Shown: piece after piece, positions 37,207-52,200 of the stretch | Numbering within the stretch: the stretch's first letter is position 1 | Layout of the letters: each line of letters begins with the position of its first letter | Assembly (NCBI GenBank): GCA_021613535.1 | Contig: CP075497.1 | Span: 3,720,001 to 3,784,000, forward strand | Direction: 5' to 3' | Source of the DNA: Adineta vaga | Lineage: Eukaryota > Animalia > Rotifera | Length of the DNA: 64,000 nt | Notes under the pieces: model-generated | What the model was told of the DNA's origin: nothing | What the model saw: the letters and a program-made list of their open reading frames with translations, nothing else | Databases searched by the model: none | Position numbers and translations under genes: made by a program

Positions 37207-38289
37207 TGACGTCAACGAACAATCTAAAACATACGTCATAAACGAATACTTCTGTTCTAATTAATATAATTAACTGATGTCATCAACATTAACTTATTTG
37301 ATATCTCTCAAAAGACATCTATTCCATTTTCTTTTATTCGATCACTTCTTCTTTCCTTTCCTTTTCTTCTTTCGTTTTGAAATTAAATCAATATTCTAGA
37401 ATATAGATGATGCAATAATCTTCTTGCCATGCAATTCATACGACCTCGAACTAACCAATGTAAAGAATGATGATTGATGCAAGTTAAATAGAGAATGATG
37501 AGGATCAAAGTTCAAGGTAGAAATGATCAAAATCATGAACAGAACGAATAAGAATAATCGATCAGCATCCAAGGCTCAACTATTATGTTCATCTATTGAA
37601 AATAATGATATCGAAATATTTTACGTGATACCTTTCTCTTCTTAGATATGTTTCTAACATAGTTGTAAGTTAATCATCAAACATGTTCATATTAAAATTA
37701 TATTTAAAAAGAATTGAGTTCACGCGGAAAAATTCATCGAGAATAGCTCACAATGACGTCAATTACAATTTGAAATTAATTAATAAAAGATCAAAAACCG
37801 ATTTCTTCTTTTTTTTTGACAGAAATTTTTACGAAAAGATGTTCATTTTGAAAGTATATTCGATGACAAAAGAGTTATTCATCAATCAAGATACAATATT
37901 GCGTATTTAATTGAAAATCAAGATCTTAAGAAGTTAAATTAACATTAATGTAAACTTATTTAATTATTCTTTAATACTAGAGAGAGAGAGTGTCACGGCT
38001 ATTTAATTTCAGTACTTATTAGTAATCTTATTCTACATTTCTTTTTACGAATGACGTCAATGGGGACGTCAAATACTTTTTCAAGTAGAAAATTTTAATG
38101 TGTTCTAAAAATCAAATTTGAATTAGAAGTGCTTTTTGTCATCAACAGTCTCTGTAGAGGGAAATTTGAAAGCAAAATTCCCATTTGTTCTAAAACTACG
38201 AAAATAATTTACTTGTCAATTATATTTTACATATTGATGAATCATCTATTCATTCTGTCAAAAACATTTCGTTGAAATCTTCGACGTCA
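37207..38289. promoter_or_regulatory. Cluster of CRE/bZIP palindromes upstream of follistatin
   Basis: Perfect TGACGTCA at 37207, 37754 and 38052; 7/8 matches at 38064 and 38282. Confidence 0.4.
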
Positions 38290-40256
38290 TAGACTTTCTG
38301 TCATTGTCATTTGAGAAGATGATATATTCTGGTACGAAAAGGTCGTCTGAAGCACTTTACGAATGAATATATTCAACACATGATCATTTATCATAATAAT
38401 CTTTGATTTTATGAGATCGATCGATACATATATATAAAGAAAAAAGAAGCGCTATTGCATTAACATATTTCGATGAAGGCGAAATCATTCGTCTAGACTT
38501 ATCTTTTTCTATACTACTACGTACTTTTGACTCGTTACTTTAACTATTAAATACTGTCTACTAAACATTTGTATTCAAATATTACTGAGAAATATTCAAG
38601 AGACTTATTTCGTAATCAATGATCGAATTTTATGTGAAAAGATATGTTCTTCGATGTTATTCAAAAGTTAATTACGATAAATATACCTAAATTCTTTCTA
38701 GAAATTTATGGAAACATATTTTCATTGAAAGATGAATTCATGAAGAAAACTTATTGCGTAGTAAAGTGGTTAGAATAGATTTGAAAATGATTATGTCAGT
38801 TTAACTTTACACCTACGCTGTATTTTAATCATTACTTTGAATGAATCAACATAAAATCCAAGTTTTTTTGTTTATGATTTTGCCGTGTTTAATATCCTTA
38901 ATTAAAGATTAGAGAATCCTTTTTCTTGATTATAAAGGTTTTTGTAGGTTTGTTCATTTTATAGAAAAATCATAAGAGTATTAATAGATTACCGAAACCT
39001 TAAATTTCGCATTTGTATCTTATACTCACTCACTTTTATCAATCGGATGAATTACAGGAAATGTAATTCGACTCTATTTGACTTCGTCATCTAAATGAAA
39101 CGTTTTCCTTTTATTAAAATTATATGCAGTAATAGTGATCTAAAGTAGTCAATAATCAGATGCCATACCAGAAGATCTGAGAACATACTGTATTGAGATT
39201 AATATACAATAATAATGGAGATGAGGAAACAAAAATATGTTTTTGAATTTAAATATGAACTCAAAAGATCTTATTTGTTTATTTAAGATATGAATATAAT
39301 TGGATTTTGGAGACATTCGCGTTAATATTGATGATAAATCTCAGATTTTGTTATTTTTCAAGTAAAAAAAATGAAATATAGAACACAAGACTGATAAATG
39401 AAATTTTAGATGAAGAATATGAGAAAATAACAAGAGGATTTTTGAAAAACTTCTCTTAGGTTAGGCACCTATGACTTGCTGAGATATCAAATAAATAATT
39501 CACATTATATACATTCCTAATATAGGACGATGATTTTCTTTTCAATTATTGAAAAAACATTCTCGTCTACGGAAGAAAAAACATCAATCTTTTTGATTAC
39601 TTTCATAGTTGTTATAATATATAAATCATAAAATTTCTCGATATTAATTTCAATGAAATGAAAAACTAAAATAGAATTTAAGAGAAAGTCAGCTCAGACA
39701 AGACAATCTTAAGTTCATCATTGTTTTATATTTACCACTTTGAAATAATTAAGGAAATACTTGATGAACTTTTTTTTATGAATCTAAGAACTCAAAAAAA
39801 AACGTTCCTTTTTTGTTATTAACTTTCAAATATAGAATTTTGTTGTCATTCATCGACAACTAAAGTACTATTGAAAACATATGAAGTGTTTCAAATATTG
39901 ATATTTATCACTTGTTGAAAATCAATTATAAGATTCAATATACATACAATTCGAAAAATTTTATTCATTGAAAAAAAGAAGCGAACCAAGAAAGAAGAAA
40001 ACGATTATCGAAAAACAAACAACAAAACATGACACGCACACATACAAAGAATTTCTAAAGACAGTGAAAAATCGAAAACAAAAATAAATAAATAACATTC
40101 AATCCTGAATCTAGCTTTCAATCTATTAGCAACATGAATTTGAATTATCAGACATCAAGCTTTCAATACATTTGAATCATCTCGTTCTAGTTCTTTTTTC
40201 TTCTTCAATTGAAATCACCGGTGAATTTAGAAAAAAACATCTTTTCAGTTTTTTCA

Positions 40257-43200
40257 TTAGGTCTTGATGTGAAACATAAAATTTGTTGGATCATCAATGA
40301 TTTCCGAATAAATCAATGGATCATAACGATAAGTAATTGTATAATTTGTTAAATAACCATTACTAATTAATTCATCAATTTCATTCGATGACCAAGGATA
40401 TAAGTAATATAAACGAGCATTTTCCATTAAATATGTTCGTTCATATTGCCAAACATTAGTTATCATTTGAGATAGATTATATTCAATCAATCGACGATAT
40501 TCTTCATCATAGGTTGAACCAAATTTCATATGAAAGATTGTTGTATTACTAATAATAAGATCGATATCGATCAGATTTTCTTTCGTTGTTTGATAACGAA
40601 TATTGATTTTAAATTGACGAAATAATGGTTGATTCAAATGTGATTTTAATTGATGAAAATGTGTGAAATTTTGAAGGAAATAGATTTCATTTTGTTTCCG
40701 ATATGGAAGAAGATAGGATTGATTGAATAAACGAGAGAAAACATCATCATAAGATGTAAATGAAAGAAATTCAATTTGATTGGATAGATTTTTTATTGAT
40801 AATGTTCGATTAATCCAAAAATCATTATCATTTTGAATATGAGCAATGGAATAGGAAAATTGATTTGGATAATTTATCGAATAATATTCATTAAAATATG
40901 TAAAAAACGATGAGGATATCAATGAATTCTCTTCGAGAAGATGATTTTCATTTGATAGATAAGATGATGATAAAATTGAATCGAATAAATTTGAAAAATC
41001 ATAATTAAGATTTTGTAATTGTTTGAGAATATCTAAAATACAAATATATTCTTAGCATATCTTATTATTCAATCGGAAAACAGATTGAATTCGTCAATCA
41101 ATTAGTAATCTATTCTCGAGAAAACGATGAACTTACCATGTTGATGTAATCTCTGAAAGATGACTTCGTTTACATTATAAATTTCATCATTAATCTTGTA
41201 TAAATTCATATCATTCAATGGATTATGAATAACAGGTAAATATGTTTGTTTTTTCATCCAAGTTAAAGGAAAATTTGGTACTAAATATCTACCAAGATTG
41301 TAATCAAATAATTTTCCGGTTAATTTCTCAAAAGCACAATTTAATTCTTCATCAATTAGCAATCCAGCATAACCAAATGGAAAAAAACGTTTTTCTTGAT
41401 AGTTCTTTTCAATTAAATTTCTTCCATATAAACCATAGAATTTCTCTTGAATTAATAATCCATTATTATCATAAATAAACAATGGTGAACCAATTTGATC
41501 AGTTAAAACGAAAAATTTCCGTTGATTTTCTTCAAAACCAATCAAATGATTATTATTATCATAATAAATTGTTATTAATGTTTTCATTTGTGAATGATAT
41601 ATATGTGTAATTAATCGTCGTTGTTGTTGTTGTTGATTTCCATAGATAAATTGAATATAATAACCAGTTAATGGATATATTTTCATAATTAAACGTTGTT
41701 CATGATCGTAAATATATTCAATAATCAATTGATTCGATTTGTATTTAATTAATAAACCAACTGAATTGAAAAGATAAAGTTTTGTATTGGATATCATATG
41801 TAGAAATCCATTTTTATCATATTTATAATTGAATGTTAGATTATCCATTGTTGTTAGTTGAACAATTTGATTCCATTGATTGTATTGAATTGATGAATAT
41901 TGTTTAGTAAAATTTAGATTATTATTTAAATCATATTGATATGAATCGAGTGTTAAACTATTCTTTTTAATTTGAATTAAACGTTTTAATTGATCATATT
42001 CATAAGTATAAACATATTTTTCTAATTCATTCAATGAAATTTTTATTTGTTCTAATAGAAATCGTTTGTTATTGTAAATGAATTCTACGACAAGACGTTT
42101 TTGATTTTTGAAATTAAATGTCATCTCTTTTAATCGTTTATATTCATCCAGATGTTTGGAAATTGTGAAGAGATTTGTATAATCTTTAATAAAACATTCA
42201 GAATTCGTTGGATAAGTCAATCGAACAAATGAATTCGATTGTAAATATCCATAATTTTCATGAAAATTTAGTGAATAATTCGATTGAAGATTTGTTGAAT
42301 AATTTTCTAAAAAATTTCGTTGAAATTCTTTCGAAGATATCAAACGTAATTCAAATGAATTGATTGAATGATATTTGATAAAGATAATCAAATAGGAATT
42401 CTTGTCTTTATATGAACTAATAAAATGATTTAAATAAGAATTATCATTATATTCATAGATTTGTTCATAAATTTGTCCACGTGGATATTCCATACGAATT
42501 TCTTGATGAGATTTTAAATATTGATATGATGTTCGACAACCATCAGCAAATGAATAGATTAAACGATTGTTTTCATCATATTTATATGTAATTAAACGAT
42601 GAAATGGAAAATAAATACGACGAAGATTTGAATTCGAATCATATTCCCAAATTTGTGTATGTAAACCAGTATAAATCAATCGATAGCCATTGAAATATGT
42701 TCGATATTCTAAAGTATGTTCAGCTTGATTCGGCATAATTATGCCAGTGATACAACCAGTTGCATCTTTACGTAACATAACATTCGATTGAGAACCGTAC
42801 GTAATTCCAACAGGCTAGAGAAAGAAAACGAAATAGATAAGAATTTTCTTAACTAAAAGTTCATCTTACTTGTTCTCCTGATCCATAACTATATTTAATT
42901 GAAGCAAGATCATTGAATCGTTGAATTTCAATTAAACGTCCACGTGTATCGTAAAGAAATTCTTCATAATAAGAACCAATTTTCCAACTTGATAATTTCT
43001 GATCACTATCTCGATATGTATAACTAATTGGAAGAAATCCTCGAGAATTCATTGAAATTAAACGATGTTTATTGGAATAGAACATGGTTAAAAGTTCATT
43101 TTGTTTGTAATCTTGAATGATTAATTTTCTTTCAAATGGATCGAAGGACATAGTTAGAATGAGATTATCATTGATCTATAAACGAGAAGAATGAAAATGA

Positions 43201-46200
43201 ATTGATAAAGAAATAATAGAAAAAGTACTTTTAAATGCCAAGAATGACTTTGTTCTTGATCGAAAACTAAAGAATTGGAAAATTGAAGTGATGAATTGAA
43301 TTCAATGATTTGATGACGATTTGTTACACTTGAACTTGTGATTAATTTTAAAGATGGATTTGATTCTGATATTATAATTGAAGAATTTGATAAATCTCGA
43401 CGAATTAATCGTGATTGTTTATCTGAAAAAAGACAATTTTTTTTTACAAAAATATTCGAATGTTTTTTTTTCTATTGAAAATTACTTTTTGATTGAATAC
43501 GTGTAGATTTATTAATTAAATATGTTATATTTCCATTTGGATTGAGACTATCAATTCGATAAAATGAACGATTAGCAGATGGAATCAATTCATTGAAGTA
43601 TCCATCTTCATGTGTAATCTAAACAATACAATAATTTACTGTTTTACAAAGTTTCCTTTTGAGAAAAGAAAATCACTTACACGTTGAATATGACCAGCTT
43701 TATCATAAAGAAAATGAATTCGTACCAGATTATTTTTAATAATTGATGTTAATAAACCATTATCATAGAGAAATTGTGTAGATAAACCATTATTATCAAT
43801 AAAATTTGATAGAAATTTTTGTTTCGAAAAGTCAATCTAAATAAATTTATATATATATATAATCATAAATCTAAAGATCTCAATAAACCTATGATTTACC
43901 TTTAATTTATTTCCATTTGGCATTTGAATAATATCATTAACACGCATAGCATAATCATATTTCAATAATAAACTTTTTCCATTACGATAATTCATTGATT
44001 CTAATTTACCATATGCATTTTGAGGAGAATCATATGTAAAATTGAAAATTGCTTCACCTAAAAGAGAAACATTGAGTATATTTTCATTCTTAAAATATCT
44101 ATTCTAACCTGTTAATGAATCAATCGTTGATCGATGTTGACCTACACGATTGAAAACATAGATTTCATTTTTATCATTTGAATGAATATTCAATCCATTG
44201 GTTTGTTCATCATCATTTGTTAATGAAATGGATTTTAATTTGAAAATTTCCTTTGATGCAACATTAGCAAGAAGAATCGAACCATCTGGATGATTAATAA
44301 TCGAAAGAAAATTCATTTTTATATTATTCAATTGAATATTCAATGGTTCTAGTTGATTATTTGATGAACGTAATACACGAAGATAGGGTGAAGATTTTTC
44401 TAATAGAAATAAATCACCTTGATAATTAAATGAGAAATCAATTGGATTGTTTAATTGAAATGTATAATCATTTGTTAAACAATTCAATGATGGACCAAGA
44501 ATGATTTCTATTTGATTGAAATTCTTTCGAATACGATATAAATGTATATCATCAAGAACATATAAATCACCATCGAGTGGATGAATATGTAATGTCGTTG
44601 GATTATAGAGTTTAAACTAGAAAAAAATAAAAGTAAAATTCAGATAAAAGAAATGATTATGAGAGTTTGTCATTTACTTGATCAAGTGAATAAGTTCGAT
44701 TACATGAGAATTGTTTGGAAAAATCAATTTGATATTCTACAGTTCCAATAAGATTTGTTACATGACTATTTTCAATACTTAATTTTCGAATTCGTTGTCC
44801 ATCGATGAAATAAATCGTTCCATAACGATCAATTGTTAAACCTTTCGGATAAGATAATGAAACATCTTTGGCTAATTGACTATCTCCACATGTTATATTA
44901 TGAATTACATCAATTGTACAATATTGACCATCACCAACAACGATTTCATAATTTTCTCGAAGATTATCAATCGATTCAATTTTTAATAAACGTATAATTT
45001 GTCGTCGATGATAATCCGAAATATATAATCGACCATCAACAGGATCTGTCGATAAATAATATTTATATGTATATTGTTCATTTAATTCTAAAACTGGTTT
45101 CACAAGATTTGTTAATGGTTGATACATCCATATGATATTTAGATCACCGATGTAGATAATACCATCGTTACTAACAGTTAAACTTGTTGGATTGAGTAAT
45201 CGTGTTAGAATTGCTTGATTTTCATGACATTTACGACAATCAATCGATCGAGATTGATCACGCATACCAATTAAAGTTGAAAATTGAAGAGGAGAATCTG
45301 TCAATAACATTGTTGTACCATCACCCTTATAAAGAATACCTAAACACAAAGAATACGATATATTTTCTAAAAATGAAAACAAATATCATTTACCAGCTTG
45401 AATATTTAGTTTATGATGAACATCAAATGTCCATCCACCTACATTCGCTGTTGGAATATCTTGTCCAGTCATTTTAACAGATTTTCGATACCAAAAAATT
45501 TGATTACAGTTCATATATTCATATCCAATTGAAACTAATCAAAAATAAAAATCATAGTCGAATGCATCATTATCTTAAATGACTTACCAATTGCTTCTGC
45601 TAATCCATGTACATTTTGATCATATGCATTTCTTCTTGACCATTCATATTCATAGATTAAATTTGTTTGTGCATGAAATATTTTCGAAAAATAAATTCCT
45701 TCAATACTAATACTTAAATGTATATGAAGTAAATGTTCATCAATATCATTATCTGATAAAACAACAGTTAATATTGAATGATACCGTCGAGTACTTGATG
45801 AACTTAGATACATCAATTGAATAGGTAAATCATTTTTTTCAATCGAAATCGATTGTCGAATAATTTGAGAACCTAATGTATAAGCATAATCATATTGATG
45901 ATTGGGAAGAAAATGTCGATCAAGACTTGTATCCCATAATTTTGGTTGAATATTGTTCGATAGATTTGTATGACAAATCGTATTGTTAAGAATTTCATCC
46001 ATGTAAATATAACCAACATGAAGAAAAGTATTCCATGGTACAATAAATGCATATTGTTTGCTTTGAAATGGTTGTCGAATGAATTGAATAAGAATTGAAC
46101 CACCACCATTGATAAGTAAATTAAAACTAGATAAGGAGGGGAAGAAAAAAGAAGAAGAAATTCATTTTTAGAGTAAGTTTTATTTATATTTACAATCCAT

Positions 46201-49200
46201 CTTTATCGGAGATTGTATAACCTTGATTTGGATTATTGAATACTTGGACTTTAACACCATTCAATGGAAGAGATTTTTTATAAAATATTTGACCACGTAT
46301 AACTGATGCTCGTCTAAAGAGAAGAAAACAATTAATAAACAACAAATTCACATTTATTTCTATATATCGAAACATTTTTTCTATACGACAAGACAAAACT
46401 TAGACATTTAAATCACCTCTTATTGAAAGCAGATACTCTGAAAGAATTTGTAAAGTATAAGAAAAAAAGAAGATATTCATCAAGTCATTTCATTTCATAC
46501 CGTTCATTAAATGATGAATAAATTGTCGAAGTTTGAAGTCCATCTTCTTGAATTAGAAATTGCATACGTTCAAAAAATGAAGCTGAAGGACTCGGTGCTT
46601 GACGTCGAAGTAATCTAGTTTATAGATACATATTTATCTGAGTTTATTTATTCATTCAAATATTTCATACATGTCTTTAGCATTTGTTCGTGAAATACAT
46701 TCGTCCGTTGATTGGCATACACTCGATGAACAACAATCAGGATCCAGACAATCAACAAGACCATCTAAATAATTTTTATAATTATATTACAGTTAAAAAT
46801 CTACATATGGTTATCAACATATGTTTTGTAATTCTAAGTCCCATCTGTTTCTATTTAATTCTCAATGTTATAAAAAGATAAGATAATAAAATTCTACTAA
46901 ATCTATAAGCGTCAATATCAATTAAATGAAAAGAATATAACTTACCATTGTCATTATCCATTCGATCATTACAATTATTTTCAATTGTAAATTGACATTC
47001 TGATCCAAACCAATTCGAATGACAAATACATTTATTCATCTGACAATCTCCATGTCCATTACAATTATTTGGACAAGCATCTAAATAATCATTTGAAAAT
47101 AATCATTCAATTTCTTAGAAATAATAATAATCATACCTATCTGACAATATCGACCGAGAAATCCATTTTGACATCGACAACTGCCATCATCATTACACTG
47201 TTGACATAATTTCGAACAAGTTTTTTTCATACAATTCTTTCCTATCCATCCTTCATCACATTCACATCGATTTCGATCATTAATCAAACATTTTCCATGC
47301 AGACCACAATCAATATTACATTTTGCTAGAAAACAAAACGATGAACATTCCTTTCATAAAAAAAATCAAAAGCGGCTTACGTTGTGAACAATTGTCTCCT
47401 GTCCAATTTTCATCACATATACACATTGACTTTGGATAATCAACATATTGTCCATGTCCTGAACACTGATTATCACATTGTGTTTGTATTACTAATGAAC
47501 AATCATCATTTGTATAACCATGAAAACAACGACATTTGCCTTCAATACATATTCCATGATTACTACAATTGACATTTGTGCATGAAACTATCAAATAAAT
47601 AAATGAAAATCGATTAGATAACTATTTTATGAATAAATCCATACTTTGTTCACAAAAATTTCCTTGATAACCATTTTGACAAACACATTTGCCAGCAATA
47701 CATGTACCTCTATTATTACAATTGGCTATTTCACATTGATTTAACATTAATTGACATTCACTACCATGCCATCCTTCTTGACAACGACATTGTCCATGTT
47801 CAACTACACCATGTCCACTACATAAATCCGTACATTGTGCTAGAAAGTAAATAAATGCAATGGTCGAAATCTTTTCATAACAAAAGTTTTCTTCTTACCA
47901 ATTGAACAATCTGTTCCTGTATACGATGGTTGACAGATACAAATACCTTGTTGACAAATACCATGATTATTACAATTATTTAAACATAAACGTTCATTTT
48001 TGCCATCAATTTGTTCAATAATTAATTGAAATTCTTGTCTTATTAAACCATCATTAATAATAGTGACATACCACAGACCTGTAGTTAATAATTCATTGAA
48101 TAGAAGTGTTAATTGTTCATCACGAGAATTTGTTAAATAAATTTGTGAAGTTCGATTTAATGATAAACTTCGACGTACAAGATGATGTTGTTGAGTATTT
48201 CCATTGAATGGATGAAAGAAATCAAATTGTGTTAAACTTGGAGAACTTGATCGTTTACCATAAAAACCTAAGAAAACAATTATTAGAAGAATTTTTCAGA
48301 TTAAAAGAAATATTCTTTACCGAAATTAGCTTCACGATCTCCTGTAAAATTAAATTGTATTGATATTGTTCGTTCAATATAAAACTGTAATTGTGTACTG
48401 GATTGTGAATCAATTGTTTCTTTAATTTTATCACCAATACGAATAAAACGTGTTGTTTTACCTGAAATCAAAAACAATATCTCTTCTAGATAGCTTTCTT
48501 TCTTTTTTTTTTGAATCAAAATACAAACCATAGAATAAATTTGGTTGCCGTGATTTGCCTTGTGTTAAATTATTCTCTCGAAAAGTTGGATTATAATATC
48601 GCATAGTTGACAAATAGATCGTTGATGTTAAAAAACATAATGTTGTGAGAAGAAGAACAATAGCAATAGTTTTCCATGAGAAAAATTGTCGTTGAAAATA
48701 ACTATCATCACTTGAACGTTTCTTCGATCGACATATCGAATTATTAAATAATGGACAAGGTGAATGGGTAGATTGACGTGTTGTCGTTGTCGTTTGTTCA
48801 TTATAGGTAGTTGTTGAATCACAATTACAACGCATATGTGAATGAGAATGATGATGATGATGATCCAATGGATACACATAACAGTTATTTCGAAAGCTAA
48901 AAGACAAAAGACATTATGATATGTCCTTGTTATGTCAATACAGTATTTTATTTGTTAATCAAATCAAATCAAGTAATCATATTATTAGCGATTCAGGAAG
49001 AGAATTTCGACATTTTCTATTGTTCACTAAATGAGCAGTCATCCGAGTGTGACTTACTTCTTAAATAAATACATTATACAAAAAAAAAGGCTAATTCGAT
49101 TTCTGTTGACAATTGCACCCTACTACACTCACTCACTCACGCATCTTGCCATTAAGGCGAAGAGTAGAAGCTATTACGCAAGATTACTCTATTTGATATA

Positions 49201-52200
49201 TTTATATAGATATATATGTGTGAGTGTGCGGAAAAGAATGAGAGGATCTAATTTGCATTGTGCAAACAAGAGCTACGAGACATATACGTACCAAGGCAAT
49301 AATGGTGTATCAGGAAAGATCTCATTCTTATTATCATTTGAATGAATAACATATTCACGATGACTAGAAAGATAAAAAAAGAAGAAGATTGATATTAATA
49401 CAGACATTCAAGTTGATTAGTCCTAAGGGAAGACATAACAATGATTATTAAAAGGTCTATACATGAACTTTTTTCTTCTTTTTTTTTTGTTATACGTAGA
49501 CGCAGGTGAAAATATTTGTCTTTTGTACATTAACCGCACTTTATCAATCAACCAATTCCATACAGTCAAGTGGCTAACCGACCAAGCTAATGAACATAAG
49601 CCATACTCATACCGGATGTAGTACTAAAAGCTCTCTTTTTTCTTTTTCTTCTATCTGTATATATAAATCTAACTGTTTGATGATAATAAGCATAAATAAC
49701 CTATACAGTACTGTCTATATTTGTTCGAATAATGAACATCAAACATACTTATTGAAAAAAAAGCTAAGGAAAGAATGAACAAGTAACGAACAAACCTGTC
49801 GGCATCAATTGTCTGATAGACATTCGATGAATTCGAATTGGGTCGATCAATCGTCGACATTGTTGTTAGTTGAGTAGAATTGGGACATGAGTAGGCGGAT
49901 GATTGAAACGGAAATGTTCCATTATTAATACTACTATTACCATTTCGATCAATATTAGAAGAAGAAGACATCAATGTTCCTAAAGAAAAATATAAATACA
50001 TTAACTAAAAAGAAAAGTATATCTATAGTGATATTGTGGCATTTAATGTATAATAACGATTGAACTAGATAGACTAAACAAATTTCTCTCGTTTCATAAT
50101 AACCTGCTGAACATTAGAAATAGGAAATACCAAGCATCAAACTGATGTATATTTATATATATTATATGATGTGCGCTGTTATTATCATCACCATCATCAT
50201 CATACATCTCAATATAGTTGAATGTATCGTGTGACAGCAGATAAATGAGATGCAATACTATTTAGCAAGCTTTCGTAATCTCGTAATGCAAATTCCCATA
50301 GTTCTTTACACGTGTATATAGAGATACATATATCTATAGAAGTTCATCATTAACATCATCAAACAGTGATAAAAAGATGACAAAATGAAGGTCATTGATT
50401 AGAATGACTATTCGATATCTATACTTTAGAACTGACCTGAAATCAATATATGTCTTACATTAACTACTATGCCGGATGGAAATTGAAGGGCAATAAGTCT
50501 TTTTCTCCTTTTATATTCATCATCTTCATCTTTTCTCTTCTTCTTCTTCTTCTTCTCTTCTTTTTTCTTTCTCTTTTCTCTGGTGTGTTCATCAGACTGT
50601 AGGCAAATTCAATCGACACTATACATATACATAGGAAGGCATCTACACACGCACAACTATCTGATAAGGACCAAAACTAATCGATCTCTGCTGGAATGAT
50701 ATCTCTGCGAATGCGTGCATGATTCTCTTCTTTCTCTCTTTTTTGTTTCGTTGTTAGTTGATTGCAATAGCAATCCGAGTGCCGTGTCGAAGACAATTAG
50801 AACAAGGGTTTGTCACTGCCGCTGGTTAGGAGAACATAAAATCGAACCCGATGTGTTCGATCATGAGAAAAAAGAAGAAAAAAAAAGAGTAAAACTCAGG
50901 GTCATACATGATTTCCGCCAATAGCTAAAACTCGACAATTGCAAGAATGTATTGCGAATGCGCAATCAAAAGACCGTTTAAATAGAGAGGTCAGCAAATG
51001 CACAATCAAGTTTTAATAGAGCGTACTTCCTCTCCTAGTCTTGCATATGCATACATCCGGATCAATACTATCCGTATATATTATCGTTAAAACAATTCAA
51101 GAAACAAGTGGGAGATAATAATGTATTCTCAAAAATTTCCTTTTACCTTGTGAATGAGGTATCAACAGAGCATTGCCTGCTTGTGTTTGAATCATGAAAG
51201 CTGTACAAGGAGTTGATGATGATGGTACAGATGGACCAATAGCATGTGAACTTGATGAATCAAAACCACTATCAGCCATATAAGAATTAGTGGTTGTCGA
51301 AATATTGTCACCACATAAAAGAATTGAATTACGTGTAGTTGCTTTTATTTGACTTAATAATGTTGTATGATCAACAGGAATCAGAGGAAAATGAGTTGGA
51401 GGGGGTAAAGGTGGCAATGGTGGTGGCACTATTTGTGAGGATGGAAGTAGTGGTGATAAAACAGTTGAATCCATAGCTGAGTGACTTCCTAGAAGAGAAA
51501 AAAAGCGGATTTATCGATTTATATATATGTATGAACATATGTAAATCGTTTTACAGTGTTAGAAAAAAGAAAGATCGAGATAAATCTTTTCACAAGATAA
51601 TGTTAGTCAATTGTCCTTCTTGCAGTCTGACGATCAAACGTTGACTGGACAAACTCTTAACCTTTTTCCTCTCTTTCAACGTGTCCACGTCAATAGTCAC
51701 TTCATACAAATAGCTAGAAGCATTTCATTCAATTTCAAAAGAGGAAAAAAAAACTACCAATATTTGATTAATCATTCATCGAAATAAACTTACATGAGAT
51801 GAAAAAATCTTATGTTGCGTGTATTAAACTGCACATTGTTCTGATTGCTTACTAGTACCACTTGCATGTCATTTAGTGTTCATTATGATTTCTTTCTACG
51901 TTTCTCTTTACGTTCAACGATAAAAAAGAATGAGGAAAGGCGAGAAATATAAACTCCTCTATATAATGGGTAAGTGCTGAATAAAAAGGTGTCGACCACA
52001 ACTACTTTCTTTTTGATCGTTTCCTTGTCGTCTTTCTCTCTTTCTCTTTGTCTCTGTCTCGACTTATTCTTTGCAACACATTTTTTCTCTCTGTCTCTGT
52101 CTCTCTTTCTCTTTCTCTTTCTTCTTCTCTCCGTTATTCTGCTTCTTCTTGCTCGTTACGCTTAAACGACAATACTGTTTTACTATAACATACGTAAAGC

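Noticed and set aside
39000-39620. Faintly coding-like stretch (DAIPEDLRTYC...NNGDEE)
   Set aside because: Multiple stops and too short to assign to any family or TE.
40257-43151. YD/RHS repeats and a toxin-like tail suggesting a newly acquired bacterial toxin
   Set aside because: These are the normal C-terminal domains of teneurin, spliced in frame with the EGF and NHL exons.
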